DNA of 64,000 nucleotides from Candidatus Calditenuis fumarioli (GCA_030059665.1 JANVYR010000002.1:480001-544000); one strand, 5' to 3'; counted from the first letter of the stretch, positions 48,514 to 58,984 are shown. Notes: a model not told the origin generated them from the sequence alone. Numbers and translations: made by a program.

Positions 48514-49902
48514 CTAACCGCTGACCTCCCTGACGATCTCCATCTCCCTACGGGCGCCGGCCTCGACCGTGCACTGCTCCGCGGTCTCGTAGCCGTTCGA
48601 TCCCATACGCTCCGCGAGCTCTTCGTCCGACAGCAACTTCGCGAGCAGCTCCGCAAGCGCATCAACGTCGTCCGGGTCGTACGTGAAGCCGTTCCATCCC
48701 TCACGGACGAGCTCGGCGACACCGGCGCTTCTGCTGACGACCACCGGCTTCCGGTAGAACCAGCCCTCGATCACAGCGAGTCCAAACCCCTCGACCAGAG
48801 AGGGCAGCAACACCACATCGGCCCTGCTGTACATGGCCCTCAGCTCGGACGACGAGAGGTACCCGGCCAGGATCACCCTGCCCTCGAGGCCGAGCTCCTG
48901 CGTAAGCTGCATCAAGCTGGCCCTCCACCTCTCGCCTTTGGGAAGTGCCAGGCCGGACCTGGAGCTGCTGAAGCTGCCATCGCCTACGAGGACGAGCTTG
49001 GCCGAATCGACCGACCTGATCACGCCGCGCATCGCCTTCACCGCCCTGTCCTGCCCCTTGATCGGGTCCATCCGAGCCACGACCAGCACCACCCTGTCCT
49101 CGTCCCCCAGCCCCAACCGCTCGCTGACCTGCTTGACATCAAGCGGATCTGGCTCACGGTACTGGGACCTGTCGAGGTACGGGTAAAGGACGTGCGTCGG
49201 GACCGAGACGCCAGCCCTCCTCATGTTCTCCGAGTACCTCCGGGTGCTGACCACCACCGCGTCGTACTGGTTGATCAGCTCCACCAGGGGGTTGCAGACC
49301 CTCTCGTACCTCAATGAGGTCTCGGTGAATGGTATGTGCCACCTGAAGAGCTTGGGCTTGAGAACCCTCAGCTTCGAGGCCAGCGGTGTCAGCTGGAAGT
49401 CGTGAACGTAGTAGACGTCAGGATCCACCTCGCGCTCCACCTCCTCGACCGCCTCCGCAAGCGCCCTGTTGACGCCGTGGTAGTCTCCGAGGCACTCCTC
49501 CCATATCCTCTCCATCTCCTCGTCGGGATGGGGGACGTCGTGGAAGAGGAGCCAGAGGCTCTCCTTCAGCTCGCCGTATCCCGGGGCCAGCGAGCTCTCC
49601 ACCGCGACGAATTTCAGCCTTATGCTGCCTAGCCTCGCGTTCCTCGGCGCGTCCCTGTTCAGCGACACCCAGACGGACTCCTCCAGCTCTTGCCGATCGA
49701 AGGCCCACCTCAGGAAGGGGAGGACGGTCCTGGTGAGCCCGCTCGGAGGGAAATAGTAGTCCACGTCCTCCTTCATCTCACCCAGATCGACCTCGCCTGC
49801 TGTTCCCTTGGCCTCTCTCTCAGGCGACCACGACCTGAAGATCACCGCGGGCGTCTGGGTCACCACGCTGAGCGTGAGCGCTGACCGGGACCCATGCGTC
49901 AT
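48514..49902 (-). CDS. GT4 glycosyltransferase, TreT/trehalose-synthase-like
   Basis: VHDFQLTPL, WHIP, VARMDPIKGQD, PSLVEGFGLAVIEG. Confidence 0.85.
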   Translation of the reverse strand: MTHGSRSALTLSVVTQTPAVIFRSWSPEREAKGTAGEVDLGEMKEDVDYYFPPSGLTRTVLPFLRWAFDRQELEESVWVSLNRDAPRNARLGSIRLKFVAVESSLAPGYGELKESLWLLFHDVPHPDEEMERIWEECLGDYHGVNRALAEAVEEVEREVDPDVYYVHDFQLTPLASKLRVLKPKLFRWHIPFTETSLRYERVCNPLVELINQYDAVVVSTRRYSENMRRAGVSVPTHVLYPYLDRSQYREPDPLDVKQVSERLGLGDEDRVVLVVARMDPIKGQDRAVKAMRGVIRSVDSAKLVLVGDGSFSSSRSGLALPKGERWRASLMQLTQELGLEGRVILAGYLSSSELRAMYSRADVVLLPSLVEGFGLAVIEGWFYRKPVVVSRSAGVAELVREGWNGFTYDPDDVDALAELLAKLLSDEELAERMGSNGYETAEQCTVEAGARREMEIVREVSG

Positions 49903-50049
49903 GCCCCTCTCACACCCACACCGTTCTCATAAAAACGACTCGGGAAATCGATCCGGAATCGGCTAGACGGAGAGCTGAGCGGCCTGATGTGCTCCGGAGA
50001 TGCTTTGCACCAGCCTCAACCGGGGATCCGTTACCGGTGATGCGGTGAG

Positions 50050-50484
50050 CTAAACGATGATGGAGGCGAGGTTAGCGATCTTCGGCCAGCGTTCCGCTGC
50101 CTCCTTAGCCACCGGACCCCTGATCTCGGTCGCCTTCACGTCTCCCTCCGGCGTGACCAGGACCCCAGCCGTGTCCTCGAACATGATCCAGGTCCCGTCG
50201 GGCCTTCGGTACGGCTTCCTCTGCCTCACGATCACCGCATACATCACCTTCTTCCTCAGCTCTATATCGCCCTTCTTCACGGTCACCGCCACCAGGTCGC
50301 CGACGCACGCAGCCGGCTGCCTCCTCAGCCTCGTCTTGAGCCCCATCACCTGAATTATCTTGAGGACCTGGGCGCCGGAGTTGTCGGTGCAGGTGATGTA
50401 GGATCCGACGTTGATGGTCCTCGGTATGTTGGGCTTCGTCAGCAGAAGACCTACCTCTGCGACCGCCCTCGACCTACGCGCCAC
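50050..50484 (-). CDS. rpl14: 50S ribosomal protein L14
   Basis: CTDNSGA, RRQPAACVGD, AVIVRQRKPYRRPDG..IMFED, GPVAKEAAERWPKIA. Confidence 0.97.
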   Translation of the reverse strand: MARRSRAVAEVGLLLTKPNIPRTINVGSYITCTDNSGAQVLKIIQVMGLKTRLRRQPAACVGDLVAVTVKKGDIELRKKVMYAVIVRQRKPYRRPDGTWIMFEDTAGVLVTPEGDVKATEIRGPVAKEAAERWPKIANLASIIV

Positions 50485-50830
50485 CGCCCATCCCCCTCGC
50501 CTTGGAGAGGTTCTCTATGACCACGAAGCTCACGGTCTTGGAGATCGGCCTGCACTCCGCGAACCTGACCAGGTCACCGACCTCGACGTCGATGCACGGC
50601 GGTAGGTGGACCGACATCCTCTTCCGCTTCCGCATGTACCGCTTGTACTTCCTGACGTACAGGACGACGTCCCGCTCAACCACCACCGTGTTCCTCATGT
50701 ACTTCTTGAACACCCTTCCCTCGAGGATGATGCCCCTCACCTTGAGGTGACCGTGGAAGGGGCAGGCCTTGTCCTCGCACACCTTCTCCGGCGGCACCAC
50801 GTCTATACCGATGTTCCTGGCCTCCTTCAT
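50474..50830 (-). CDS. rps17: 30S ribosomal protein S17
   Basis: CEDKACPFHG.L.VRG, KYKRY, ECRPISKTVSFVV. Confidence 0.97.
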   Translation of the reverse strand: MKEARNIGIDVVPPEKVCEDKACPFHGHLKVRGIILEGRVFKKYMRNTVVVERDVVLYVRKYKRYMRKRKRMSVHLPPCIDVEVGDLVRFAECRPISKTVSFVVIENLSKARGMGGGA

Positions 50831-50916
50831 CTCCCCGCCGGATCAGCGGGTCTCGCGGAGATCTAATAAAGTTACGGGATCTCGGGAGCCAACGCACCTG
50901 AACCAACGCGCCAAGG

Positions 50917-51234
50917 CTAACCGGGTCTAGTCCACCCGTACCTCATCGAGCGCTTCAGCCTCTCCGCGGGCATGCCGAGGAGCTTCCTCCCCTCGGTCCT
51001 GAGCCAGACGCCCTCTTTGACCTGTAACGAGAGCGAGACGATCTGGTCCTTCGGCAGACGACGGAGCTCGCCCCCGTCGGTCCTGACGGTCAAAGTCCTC
51101 GCGGTCTCGTCGACCAGCGTCCCCCTGATTACGGATTTCCCGATCAGGATCTCCGCCCGGTACCCGAGAAGCGTTACGGGGAAGAGATCGCCTCGCCTCT
51201 CCCTGTGCCCCTCGGATCTACCTCGACGCGGCAC
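50917..51234 (-). CDS. rnp1: RNase P protein component 1 (Rpp29)
   Basis: GTLVDETARTL, G..L.G.P.ERLK; conserved position between L29 and S17. Confidence 0.85.
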   Translation of the reverse strand: MPRRGRSEGHRERRGDLFPVTLLGYRAEILIGKSVIRGTLVDETARTLTVRTDGGELRRLPKDQIVSLSLQVKEGVWLRTEGRKLLGMPAERLKRSMRYGWTRPG

Positions 51235-51439
51235 GCCTCCTCTCGTTCAGTATCGTCAAGACCCTCGCGAGCCTCCTGCGCAGGTTCCTCAGGCGCATCG
51301 GGTTCTCGACCCGGCCGCCGGCCCTCACCTCAGTCCGGAGCTTCCTGATCTCAGTCCTGATCTCGGAGACCTCCTTCAGCAGCTCCTGGTCGGACTTCCT
51401 CCTCAGCTCCGCGACCTCACGGACCAACTCCCTCACCAC
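51218..51439 (-). CDS. rpl29: 50S ribosomal protein L29
   Basis: ELRRKS, ENPMRLRNLRRRLARVLTILNE. Confidence 0.93.
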   Translation of the reverse strand: MVRELVREVAELRRKSDQELLKEVSEIRTEIRKLRTEVRAGGRVENPMRLRNLRRRLARVLTILNERRRAASR

Positions 51440-52031
51440 CTCCCTTGACCTGGAGCTCCTCCGGCAGGGGCTCCTCCGGCGGGTATATGATCACCTTCAC
51501 GCCGTAGATCCCGGCAGGGAGCTGGACGTGTGCGACGCCCTTCCTCGCTCTGGTGGCGTAATAACCTGACTTGGGAACGATCCCCGCCGTGTACTTCTCA
51601 GATCTGGCCCTGGCCGAAGTGAGCTTCCCCGAGATGACGATCTCGGCGCCCCTCGCACCGGCCTCCATGATGCGCCTGAGGGCCCAGAAGGCGATCCGCC
51701 TCCACCTTACACCGGAGACCATGGCCTGCGCTATCCTCCGCGCCATGACCTGCGGGTTGAGCTCGGGCCTCTCGACCTCGGAGACGACGATCTGGAGGTT
51801 CTCGAACTTGAACCTCTGCTCGAGCATCGACTGGAGCTCCTTGATCCTCTTTCCCCTCGGGCCTATCACGAGACCTGGCCTCATCGAGTAGATCGTCACG
51901 GTGGTGCCGATCGGTGTGGTGGTCACGTCGATGCGGCCGATGAAGGCGTCCCTGAGCTGGTTCCTGATGAACTCCTCTACCTCAGCCTTGAGCCGAGCCT
52001 TGTTCAGCAACCGCTTCGTTGTGGAGTCCAA
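51417..52031 (-). CDS. rps3: 30S ribosomal protein S3
   Basis: RPGLVIGPRG..I..L, PELNPQVMA, GARGAEIVISGKL. Confidence 0.96.
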   Translation of the reverse strand: MDSTTKRLLNKARLKAEVEEFIRNQLRDAFIGRIDVTTTPIGTTVTIYSMRPGLVIGPRGKRIKELQSMLEQRFKFENLQIVVSEVERPELNPQVMARRIAQAMVSGVRWRRIAFWALRRIMEAGARGAEIVISGKLTSARARSEKYTAGIVPKSGYYATRARKGVAHVQLPAGIYGVKVIIYPPEEPLPEELQVKGGGEGVGP

Positions 52032-52308
52032 CCGTCGGATGCCAACCCTCAGGACCTTTTAAAGTTCAGCGGGCTCCCGCGTTCGCTGACGCCGATGGAC
52101 CGATACGACCTGCTGCCAACCTGCCGATCACCGGGTGGTCCGAGATCGACGACGTGACCAGCTAAGACCTCCATCATCTTACCGTCCGGGACTTCGGCAG
52201 TCACGAGGCGGGCCTTCGTGATCGACGGTGACCGGACCATCTCCGAGGCCAGGAACTACGTGGACTTCTGAGCGCTCGATCCCGAAGGGCGGGTTCGTCA
52301 TCGGACCG

Positions 52309-53529
52309 CTAGCCGGCCGGCTGTACCGCACCGGTCTGCTGTCCAGCGCGATCGGGGCTCGATCCCGTGAGCCACGCCAGGAACCCGCCCACCAAAGCAA
52401 CCACACCAACGACGTAGTACGCTGGGACGAAGCTGCCCGTGACGTCCCTCACCCATCCGATCAACCACGGCGAGAGCCCACCCATCTGGCCGATGAAGTT
52501 GTTCAGGCCATAGGCGGTCCCGAGCACAGAGGGTTGCACGAGCTTGGCTATCGTGGAGTAGAGCGGAGACCAGAGGCCCCACTGCCAGAAGCCAGCACCG
52601 AAGACCAGGACCGCTAACGTCCAGGGATCGGCACCAGCGCTGAGCGCGTAACCGAAGAGCGCCCAGAATAGGCCCTGAAGCGCAATCGAGGCGCCCAACC
52701 ACAGCTTGAGGCTCATCCCCCGCTTAGTGAGGGCATCTGAGACGAGGCCGCTGACCACGAGACCGACTGGACTCGCGAAGCCGAAGAGAGACGTTAAGGT
52801 GGAGGCCCAGCCGATCTCAATGCCGCGCTCAGTCAGAACTGTGGGAAGCCATAGGACCGACCAGAGGGAGAAGAGCGCACAGAAGGCGGCCCCGTTCAGC
52901 AGCCACAGGTCCCTGATCCCGAAGACCTTGATGACCTCAGCCCTGCTGATCCGTCCGGACGTATGGGTTTCTGGCTCCCTGAGAACCCTCGATATGAGCA
53001 GGCTGGCGACGAACGAGGGGATTGCGGCCATGGCGACCGCCAGGCGCCAACCCAGCCAGCTGACCAGCGCGCCACCGACGATCATTCCCAACCCGAGACC
53101 GATTCCCAGGCCGGAGAAGGAGATGCCTTGACCGAGGCCCATCTTCTCCCGTGGAGTGTAATGCGCGATCACAGGCCTGTCGTTCCCGAAGTAGGTGCCC
53201 ATCGCTAGGCCCTTGAGGAACCTGGTCGCTGAGGCTACGGCGAACGTCGGCGAGAGGGCGGTTCCGATGGTGGCGGTCCCCCAAAGCACAGGTCCTAGTA
53301 CGAGGATCCTCTTCCGTCCGTACCGGTCGCCTATATATCCCGCGGGGAGCTGCATCGAGAAGTAACCCACCAGCATTAGCGTCATCAGCCCAAGCCCCGC
53401 CAGCTCGTGGGAAACCCCGAACTCGTCGCGAATGTATGGCAACGCCGGTGAGACGATGGTCCTGCAGACGTAGTTCGTGATCCATCCGAAGAGCATGACG
53501 GTCCACAGGACGATGTAATAACGCACCAC
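52309..53529 (-). CDS. MFS transporter (ACS-like)
   Basis: GYIGDRYGRKR motif, 12 TM helices. Confidence 0.88.
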   Translation of the reverse strand: MVRYYIVLWTVMLFGWITNYVCRTIVSPALPYIRDEFGVSHELAGLGLMTLMLVGYFSMQLPAGYIGDRYGRKRILVLGPVLWGTATIGTALSPTFAVASATRFLKGLAMGTYFGNDRPVIAHYTPREKMGLGQGISFSGLGIGLGLGMIVGGALVSWLGWRLAVAMAAIPSFVASLLISRVLREPETHTSGRISRAEVIKVFGIRDLWLLNGAAFCALFSLWSVLWLPTVLTERGIEIGWASTLTSLFGFASPVGLVVSGLVSDALTKRGMSLKLWLGASIALQGLFWALFGYALSAGADPWTLAVLVFGAGFWQWGLWSPLYSTIAKLVQPSVLGTAYGLNNFIGQMGGLSPWLIGWVRDVTGSFVPAYYVVGVVALVGGFLAWLTGSSPDRAGQQTGAVQPAG

Positions 53530-53637
53530 GCGACCTAGGAAATACGGCCACTATAAAATTCTGCGATCTCGCCGCATGCTGGAAGACGGGATACCAGGTT
53601 CCCTGACATAAGAGAAGGTTCACAATACGCTCTGGTG

Positions 53638-53988
<351 letters not shown>

Positions 53989-55215
53989 CTACGTCACGTA
54001 CTCCGCATGCTGCGATATATCGAGCCCTACCATCTCCTCCTGGACAGTTACTCTCATCCCGACGACGGCATCGAGAGCCTTGACCAGCAGGAGAGTCACC
54101 ACGCCAGCGTAAGCCCAAGTCGCGACCACGCCGGAGAGCTGGACGATCAGGAGGGAGGGGTTCCCGGCCAGCAGTCCATTGGCACCGAGCGGGTTGACAG
54201 AGGACTCCGCGAAGAGGCCGGTGGCTATGGAGCCCCACGTACCTCCCACGCCGTGGACCCCCCATACGTCCAGCGAGTCGTCAACACCCATCCTCTGTCT
54301 CGCGTTGACCGCGAGGAAGCACAGCGCGCCCGCCACCAATCCGATCAGCGCAGCCGAGATCGGCCTGACGAAGCCAGCTGCAGGGGTGACCGCTACGAGG
54401 CCAGCCACTGCACCACTGGCTGCTGCTATGCTGCTGAACTTGCCCCTGACGTAGTAACTGACCAGCATCCACGATAGGGCACCGGCGGAGGCGGCGACGT
54501 GCGTGTTCAGAAAAGCCGTGGATGCGAGACCGTCGGCTGCGAGGGCGCTGCCCGCGTTGAACCCGAACCACCCGAACCAGAGGATGGCAGCCCCCAACAT
54601 AACGAAGGCTGGATTGCTGGGCTCGAAGGAGGAGTTGCCGTAGCCTATGCGTCTACCCAGAACGTATGCGGCGGCGAGGGCCGAGACGCCGGAGCTGATG
54701 TGGACCACTGTCCCGCCAGCGAAGTCCAGGGCTCCCATCGACCTGAGCCAGCCGCCATCACCCCAGACCCAGTGCGCTATAGGCGAGTACACTAGAGTCG
54801 ACCAGAGAGCTATGAAGAGCAGGAACGGACCGAACCTGACCCTCTCGGCGAAGGCACCGGCGATCAGTGCTGGGGTTATCACGGCGAACATCATCTGGAA
54901 GACCGCGAAGGTCGAGTGCGCCACCGCCCCAGAGTAAGCGGGATTAGGGTCTGGGCCGACGCCTTTGAGGGCTAGCCATTCAGGGCCGCCCACCCATCCG
55001 AACCTGTCCGGACCGAAGGCTAACGTGTAGCCCCACAGCACCCAGACCAGCGAGACCACGGCGACCGTTGCGAAGCACTGGAACACCGTCGAGACCACGT
55101 TCTTCTTCCTGGCGAGACCCGCATAGAAGAAGCCGAGTCCGGGCGTCATGATCATCACGAGTGCCGACGAGGTCAGAAGCCACGCCATGTCTCCCGGGTT
55201 CGGAGACGCCGTCAT
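53989..55215 (-). CDS. amt: Ammonium transporter
   Basis: MTPGLGFFYAG, FQMMFAVITPALIAGA.AER, DFAGGTVVH, WFGWFGFNAGS, DDSLDVWGVHG. Confidence 0.97.
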   Translation of the reverse strand: MTASPNPGDMAWLLTSSALVMIMTPGLGFFYAGLARKKNVVSTVFQCFATVAVVSLVWVLWGYTLAFGPDRFGWVGGPEWLALKGVGPDPNPAYSGAVAHSTFAVFQMMFAVITPALIAGAFAERVRFGPFLLFIALWSTLVYSPIAHWVWGDGGWLRSMGALDFAGGTVVHISSGVSALAAAYVLGRRIGYGNSSFEPSNPAFVMLGAAILWFGWFGFNAGSALAADGLASTAFLNTHVAASAGALSWMLVSYYVRGKFSSIAAASGAVAGLVAVTPAAGFVRPISAALIGLVAGALCFLAVNARQRMGVDDSLDVWGVHGVGGTWGSIATGLFAESSVNPLGANGLLAGNPSLLIVQLSGVVATWAYAGVVTLLLVKALDAVVGMRVTVQEEMVGLDISQHAEYVT

Positions 55216-55458
55216 CGGGCATCCCGCACCTAACTGCCGTTAATGAGAATTTCGTGGGGCATTGACAGTTGTTCAGCAATAGTCCTCTTCGATGGTCTAA
55301 AAATGCTAATCTCAACCTATTTTCTGAACAATTGTAGGAGCTGGCTAGGAGCTGATGAACGGGGACTCTGAAGCGGACCCACCGAGAAGTCCGAGAAAGC
55401 CGACGGGCGTCGGATCCGGAGAATGGCGAGATCTGAAGACGTTCGAGCAAACGGGGAG

Positions 55459-56589
55459 TCACCTCCTCGACCTGAGAAGAAGCGCGATGGAGGCGGCCTG
55501 TACGGCGACGGAGTACGCGAAGAGGTGCTCCCGTCCCAGGTTGAGGTCCATCATCCACCCGAACGCAAGCCCGGCCGCAGCGCTGCCGAGACCGATTCCG
55601 AGGCCGAAGAGGCCGTAGGCGCTGCCGATCCTCCGAAGGCCGGCGAGCTCGGCGACCGCAGCCCTGAAGATCGACTCCTGTGCGCCGATCACGACGCCCA
55701 CCAACGCGGAGGCGAGCAGCAGGTCTCCTATCGAGAAGGTCACCAGCAGCGGCGGGACAACGGAGAGGGCCATCGCCAGCCCAACCGTCGAGGGGCCGTA
55801 CCGGTCGTAGAGGCGGCCCAGCAGCGGTGCGGCGGCGGCATCGGTGACCATCGCCAGCGTGTACGCAGCCGGTATCAGCCACGAGCCCTCTCCAGCCACC
55901 TGGGATATCCTGTACAGCACCAGCTGGACAGGGATCAGGCCAGCGACGTTGAGGGAGGCCGCGAGGACGTACAGGTGAATTCCCCTGTCACCACCCGCAC
56001 CGGCACCTTCGACGCTCTCCACGCGGTAGCTCGGCAACCTCGTCAAAGCTAGGAGCAGAGCGGCGTAGGGGAGGAGGGAGTAGAGCAGGGCAGTCCTAAC
56101 GTCTCCGGGGTGAAGCGTCAGCCCCAGGGCTATGATGAGCGGGCCGCCCGCAGCGCCGATCTGGTCGAGGAGCTCGTGGACGCCGAACGCGGTGCCCGAT
56201 CCGACCTGACCCCTGAGCCTCGCCAGCATCACGTCCCTCGGAGGTATCCGCAGTCCCCTAGCGATCCTCTCCGCGAAGACGAGGACCGCCAGGACCTCCC
56301 ATCCCGGGGCTAGCGCCATCAGCGGGACCACCAGGAGCGCCGCGTAACCCGCCCTCACGATCAGGTCCGCTCTGCGCACCCTCTCTGTGAGGAGGCCTCC
56401 CAGGGGCCTCGAAAGCCAGCCTCCGAGCTCTGCCAGGCCCACGATCGCTCCGACGCCGGCCGCCGTGACGCCCATGGACCTGAAGAGGTCCGGGACCACC
56501 GACCGGCCGCCCTCGTAGACCGCGTCGCCCAGCAGGCTCACCAGCCCTATGAGCAGAACCGCCCTCAGACCCGAGTCGCCTCTGCGCAT
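55459..56589 (-). CDS. MFS transporter
   Basis: SLLGDAVYEGGRS, ERIARGLRIPPRD, AFGVHELLDQIGA. Confidence 0.85.
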   Translation of the reverse strand: MRRGDSGLRAVLLIGLVSLLGDAVYEGGRSVVPDLFRSMGVTAAGVGAIVGLAELGGWLSRPLGGLLTERVRRADLIVRAGYAALLVVPLMALAPGWEVLAVLVFAERIARGLRIPPRDVMLARLRGQVGSGTAFGVHELLDQIGAAGGPLIIALGLTLHPGDVRTALLYSLLPYAALLLALTRLPSYRVESVEGAGAGGDRGIHLYVLAASLNVAGLIPVQLVLYRISQVAGEGSWLIPAAYTLAMVTDAAAAPLLGRLYDRYGPSTVGLAMALSVVPPLLVTFSIGDLLLASALVGVVIGAQESIFRAAVAELAGLRRIGSAYGLFGLGIGLGSAAAGLAFGWMMDLNLGREHLFAYSVAVQAASIALLLRSRR

Positions 56590-56621
56590 CCAACGGGGCT
56601 TCCCATCACCATCTTTTATTC

Positions 56622-57440
56622 GTGGTTGAACGGTGGACCTCCGTGGACGTCCTGCTGGTCTACTCCAAAGCCAAGCCGGAGTCGTTCGACCTGATAGGTC
56701 GGATCGAGTCTCACGTTCGGGATTCCGGTCATCACGTGACGAAGGTCGCGATGGAGGAGTTCGGTACAGAGAGGTACGCGGCGGACATGGCGGTCGCTGT
56801 GGGCGGAGACGGCACCATCCTCAGGACGTTTCACCACCTCGAGGACCCAGAGGTCCCCGTGCTGCCGATATCGTTCGGGAGGGGAGGTTACCTGGCGGAG
56901 GTGGGACCCACTGAGGCGATGAGGGCCCTCGAGATGACCCTCTCCGGCTCCTACTACCTCGAGCGGCTCATGAGGCTCAGGGTGGAGGTCGACGGAGCCC
57001 ACCTCACCGACGGGGTCAACGACGCCTACGTCTCCTCAAAGGAGCCGGGGAAGGTGATCGAGTGCTCCCTCTCGATCGACGGCCTGGTTCTGCAGGGGAT
57101 CGTCTGCGACGGCCTGGTCTTCTCGACGCCCGCTGGCTCGACGGCGTACAACTTCTCCTGCGGAGGGCCCGCGGTGGACGACGCGCTGGAGTCGATCTCG
57201 ATAGCACCGGTCGCTCCCATCACGTACTTCAGGCCCCTGGTGGTCTCGGCGCAGAGGACGCTCGAGGTCGAGCTCACGAGCGGCAGCGGATCCGTGCTCG
57301 TGGACGGGTACGTCAGGGGCGACGTGAAGGGACAGGTTAGGGTCGCCAAGTCGCCGGTGGGAGCGTACCTGGTCAGGATAGGCCGCGCCCCACTCTTCCA
57401 GATGCGCCTCAGGAAGAGGCTGGGCATGATAGTGAGATGA
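56622..57440 (+). CDS. nadK: NAD(+) kinase
   Basis: GGDGT, NDA, DGLVFSTPAGSTAYNFSCGGP. Confidence 0.92.
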   Translation: MVERWTSVDVLLVYSKAKPESFDLIGRIESHVRDSGHHVTKVAMEEFGTERYAADMAVAVGGDGTILRTFHHLEDPEVPVLPISFGRGGYLAEVGPTEAMRALEMTLSGSYYLERLMRLRVEVDGAHLTDGVNDAYVSSKEPGKVIECSLSIDGLVLQGIVCDGLVFSTPAGSTAYNFSCGGPAVDDALESISIAPVAPITYFRPLVVSAQRTLEVELTSGSGSVLVDGYVRGDVKGQVRVAKSPVGAYLVRIGRAPLFQMRLRKRLGMIVR

Positions 57441-57841
57441 CGGCGAAGAGGGTGGTGCTGGACTCCACGCCGATCATCGTCGGCTCCGTCTCGGGAGGGA
57501 CCGGGTTGGCGCTGTACGCTCCGCCAGGTGTCGTCTCGGAGGTCCTCAACACCACGTCCGAGCTCCAGCGATCACGGGTCGAGGCGCTGCTGGGCTCCGG
57601 CGCCATCACAGTCAGGGCGCCGAAGACGTCCAGCCTGGAAAGGGTCCGGGCGGTCATGAACAGGGACGAGCGGGAGAAGGCCTCGGAGGCCGACGTGGAG
57701 GTCCTTGCCCTGGCCCTTGAGCTGAAGGAGGAGGGCAACGACGTCTTGCTCCTATCGGACGACTCCCTGGTCCAGAGGGTGGCCGAGAAGCTCGGGATCG
57801 CGTGCAGGGGCGTGAAGTACCCGCAGAGGCCCGGAGCCTGA
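57437..57841 (+). CDS. Nob1-like PIN-domain endonuclease
   Basis: VVLDST, P.VVSE, SEADVEVLALA, SDDSLVQRVA. Confidence 0.82.
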   Translation: MTAKRVVLDSTPIIVGSVSGGTGLALYAPPGVVSEVLNTTSELQRSRVEALLGSGAITVRAPKTSSLERVRAVMNRDEREKASEADVEVLALALELKEEGNDVLLLSDDSLVQRVAEKLGIACRGVKYPQRPGA

Positions 57842-57938
57842 GGGACGGCAGAACGCAACAGTACGTCCAGGAGGTCTACTGCGCCGCCGATCCGTTCCGT
57901 CGTTACGCTAATATCGGGGCTTTTTGTTCTGGGTAACG

Positions 57939-58196
57939 ATGTCCGACAAGACGCTGGGCCTGCTCCTGCTGATCGGGTCCGTCGTGGGCATACTGCTGTA
58001 CGGCTGGCTCGTCTTCCTCAGCCCCTGGTCGTTCCTCGTGATCCAGATAACCGCGTTCGCCGGGATAGCGCTGCTGCTGGGGATACTGGCCTGGATAGGG
58101 TACACGCTGGCGTCGACGCCTCCGCCTGAGCCAATTCCGGGACTGGAGCAGCTGGAGAGCCAGCAGACCGGAACGCAGGAGGAGAAGAAGCAGTAG
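57939..58196 (+). CDS. Conserved two-TM small membrane protein
   Basis: DKTLGLLLL...LAWIGYTLASTPPPEPI. Confidence 0.75.
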   Translation: MSDKTLGLLLLIGSVVGILLYGWLVFLSPWSFLVIQITAFAGIALLLGILAWIGYTLASTPPPEPIPGLEQLESQQTGTQEEKKQ

Positions 58197-58206
58197 CGGG
58201 CATCCA

Positions 58207-58923
58207 TCAGAGCTTGGAGCCGCAGTAAGGGCAGTAAGCCGCCTTAGCGGGCACCTCTTTCCTGCAGTTGAGGCAGACCGTCAGGACCTCCTCCTCTTCC
58301 TCCTGCACTTCCTCGGAAACCGCAGTTACCTCCTTCTCGGTCGGGGTCTTCACCTCCACCTCAGCAGGTGCGGCACCCACTTGCTCCTGCACCTGAGGAG
58401 ACTCCCCGGGTTCGGGCTGGGGCGATTCCGGCTTCGTCGGCTCCTTGACCTCCTCCACCATCTCCGCCCGTTCGGTCACGGGACCGGCTTCCTCGACTGG
58501 TTGCTCCTCGGGGCCCGCGACCTCCTCCGGTAGGGCTACGGCCCTAGGTCCCAAGGCATGGGAGACGAGGCCTGCGAGCGCAGCCGAAGCGAGGAGCAGC
58601 GCCAGGGACGAGATCGGAACCGAGACCCCCGCGGACCCGAGCAGTCCCACCAGAAGCCCTTCGTCAGGAGCGAAGGACCCGAAAGCGAGGGCGCTGACGA
58701 TGTAGCCTGCGGTCACGCCCAGCAACGCGGCAGAGGACCCCGCACCGAAGGACCGCATCAGAAGACCCGGGATCAGCAGCGTCGCAGCCACCAGCACCAC
58801 GTCCCAAAAGGGCCTCAGCGGAGCCATCAGATCTCCGCGGCCGGCCCAACCCAACAGGGGCATCAGCAGCACGAGCAGGGCCACTGCGGACGCGGAAGCG
58901 ATCAGCCTCGACGCCGTGCCCAT
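58207..58923 (-). CDS. Membrane protein with Glu/Pro-rich linker and C-terminal double zinc ribbon
   Basis: Four TM helices, acidic low-complexity linker, CLNC...CPYCG. Confidence 0.75.
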   Translation of the reverse strand: MGTASRLIASASAVALLVLLMPLLGWAGRGDLMAPLRPFWDVVLVAATLLIPGLLMRSFGAGSSAALLGVTAGYIVSALAFGSFAPDEGLLVGLLGSAGVSVPISSLALLLASAALAGLVSHALGPRAVALPEEVAGPEEQPVEEAGPVTERAEMVEEVKEPTKPESPQPEPGESPQVQEQVGAAPAEVEVKTPTEKEVTAVSEEVQEEEEEVLTVCLNCRKEVPAKAAYCPYCGSKL

Positions 58924-58984
58924 CCCGAGCTCAGCTCTTGACCGGAGACTTAAAAAAGGATCTGATGCCGGGCTTCCTCAGGAC

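Noticed and set aside
49903-50049. Gap between rpl14 and the glycosyltransferase with CTGATG/TGATG words
   Set aside because: No consistent C-D'-C'-D arrangement; probably UTR or promoter DNA
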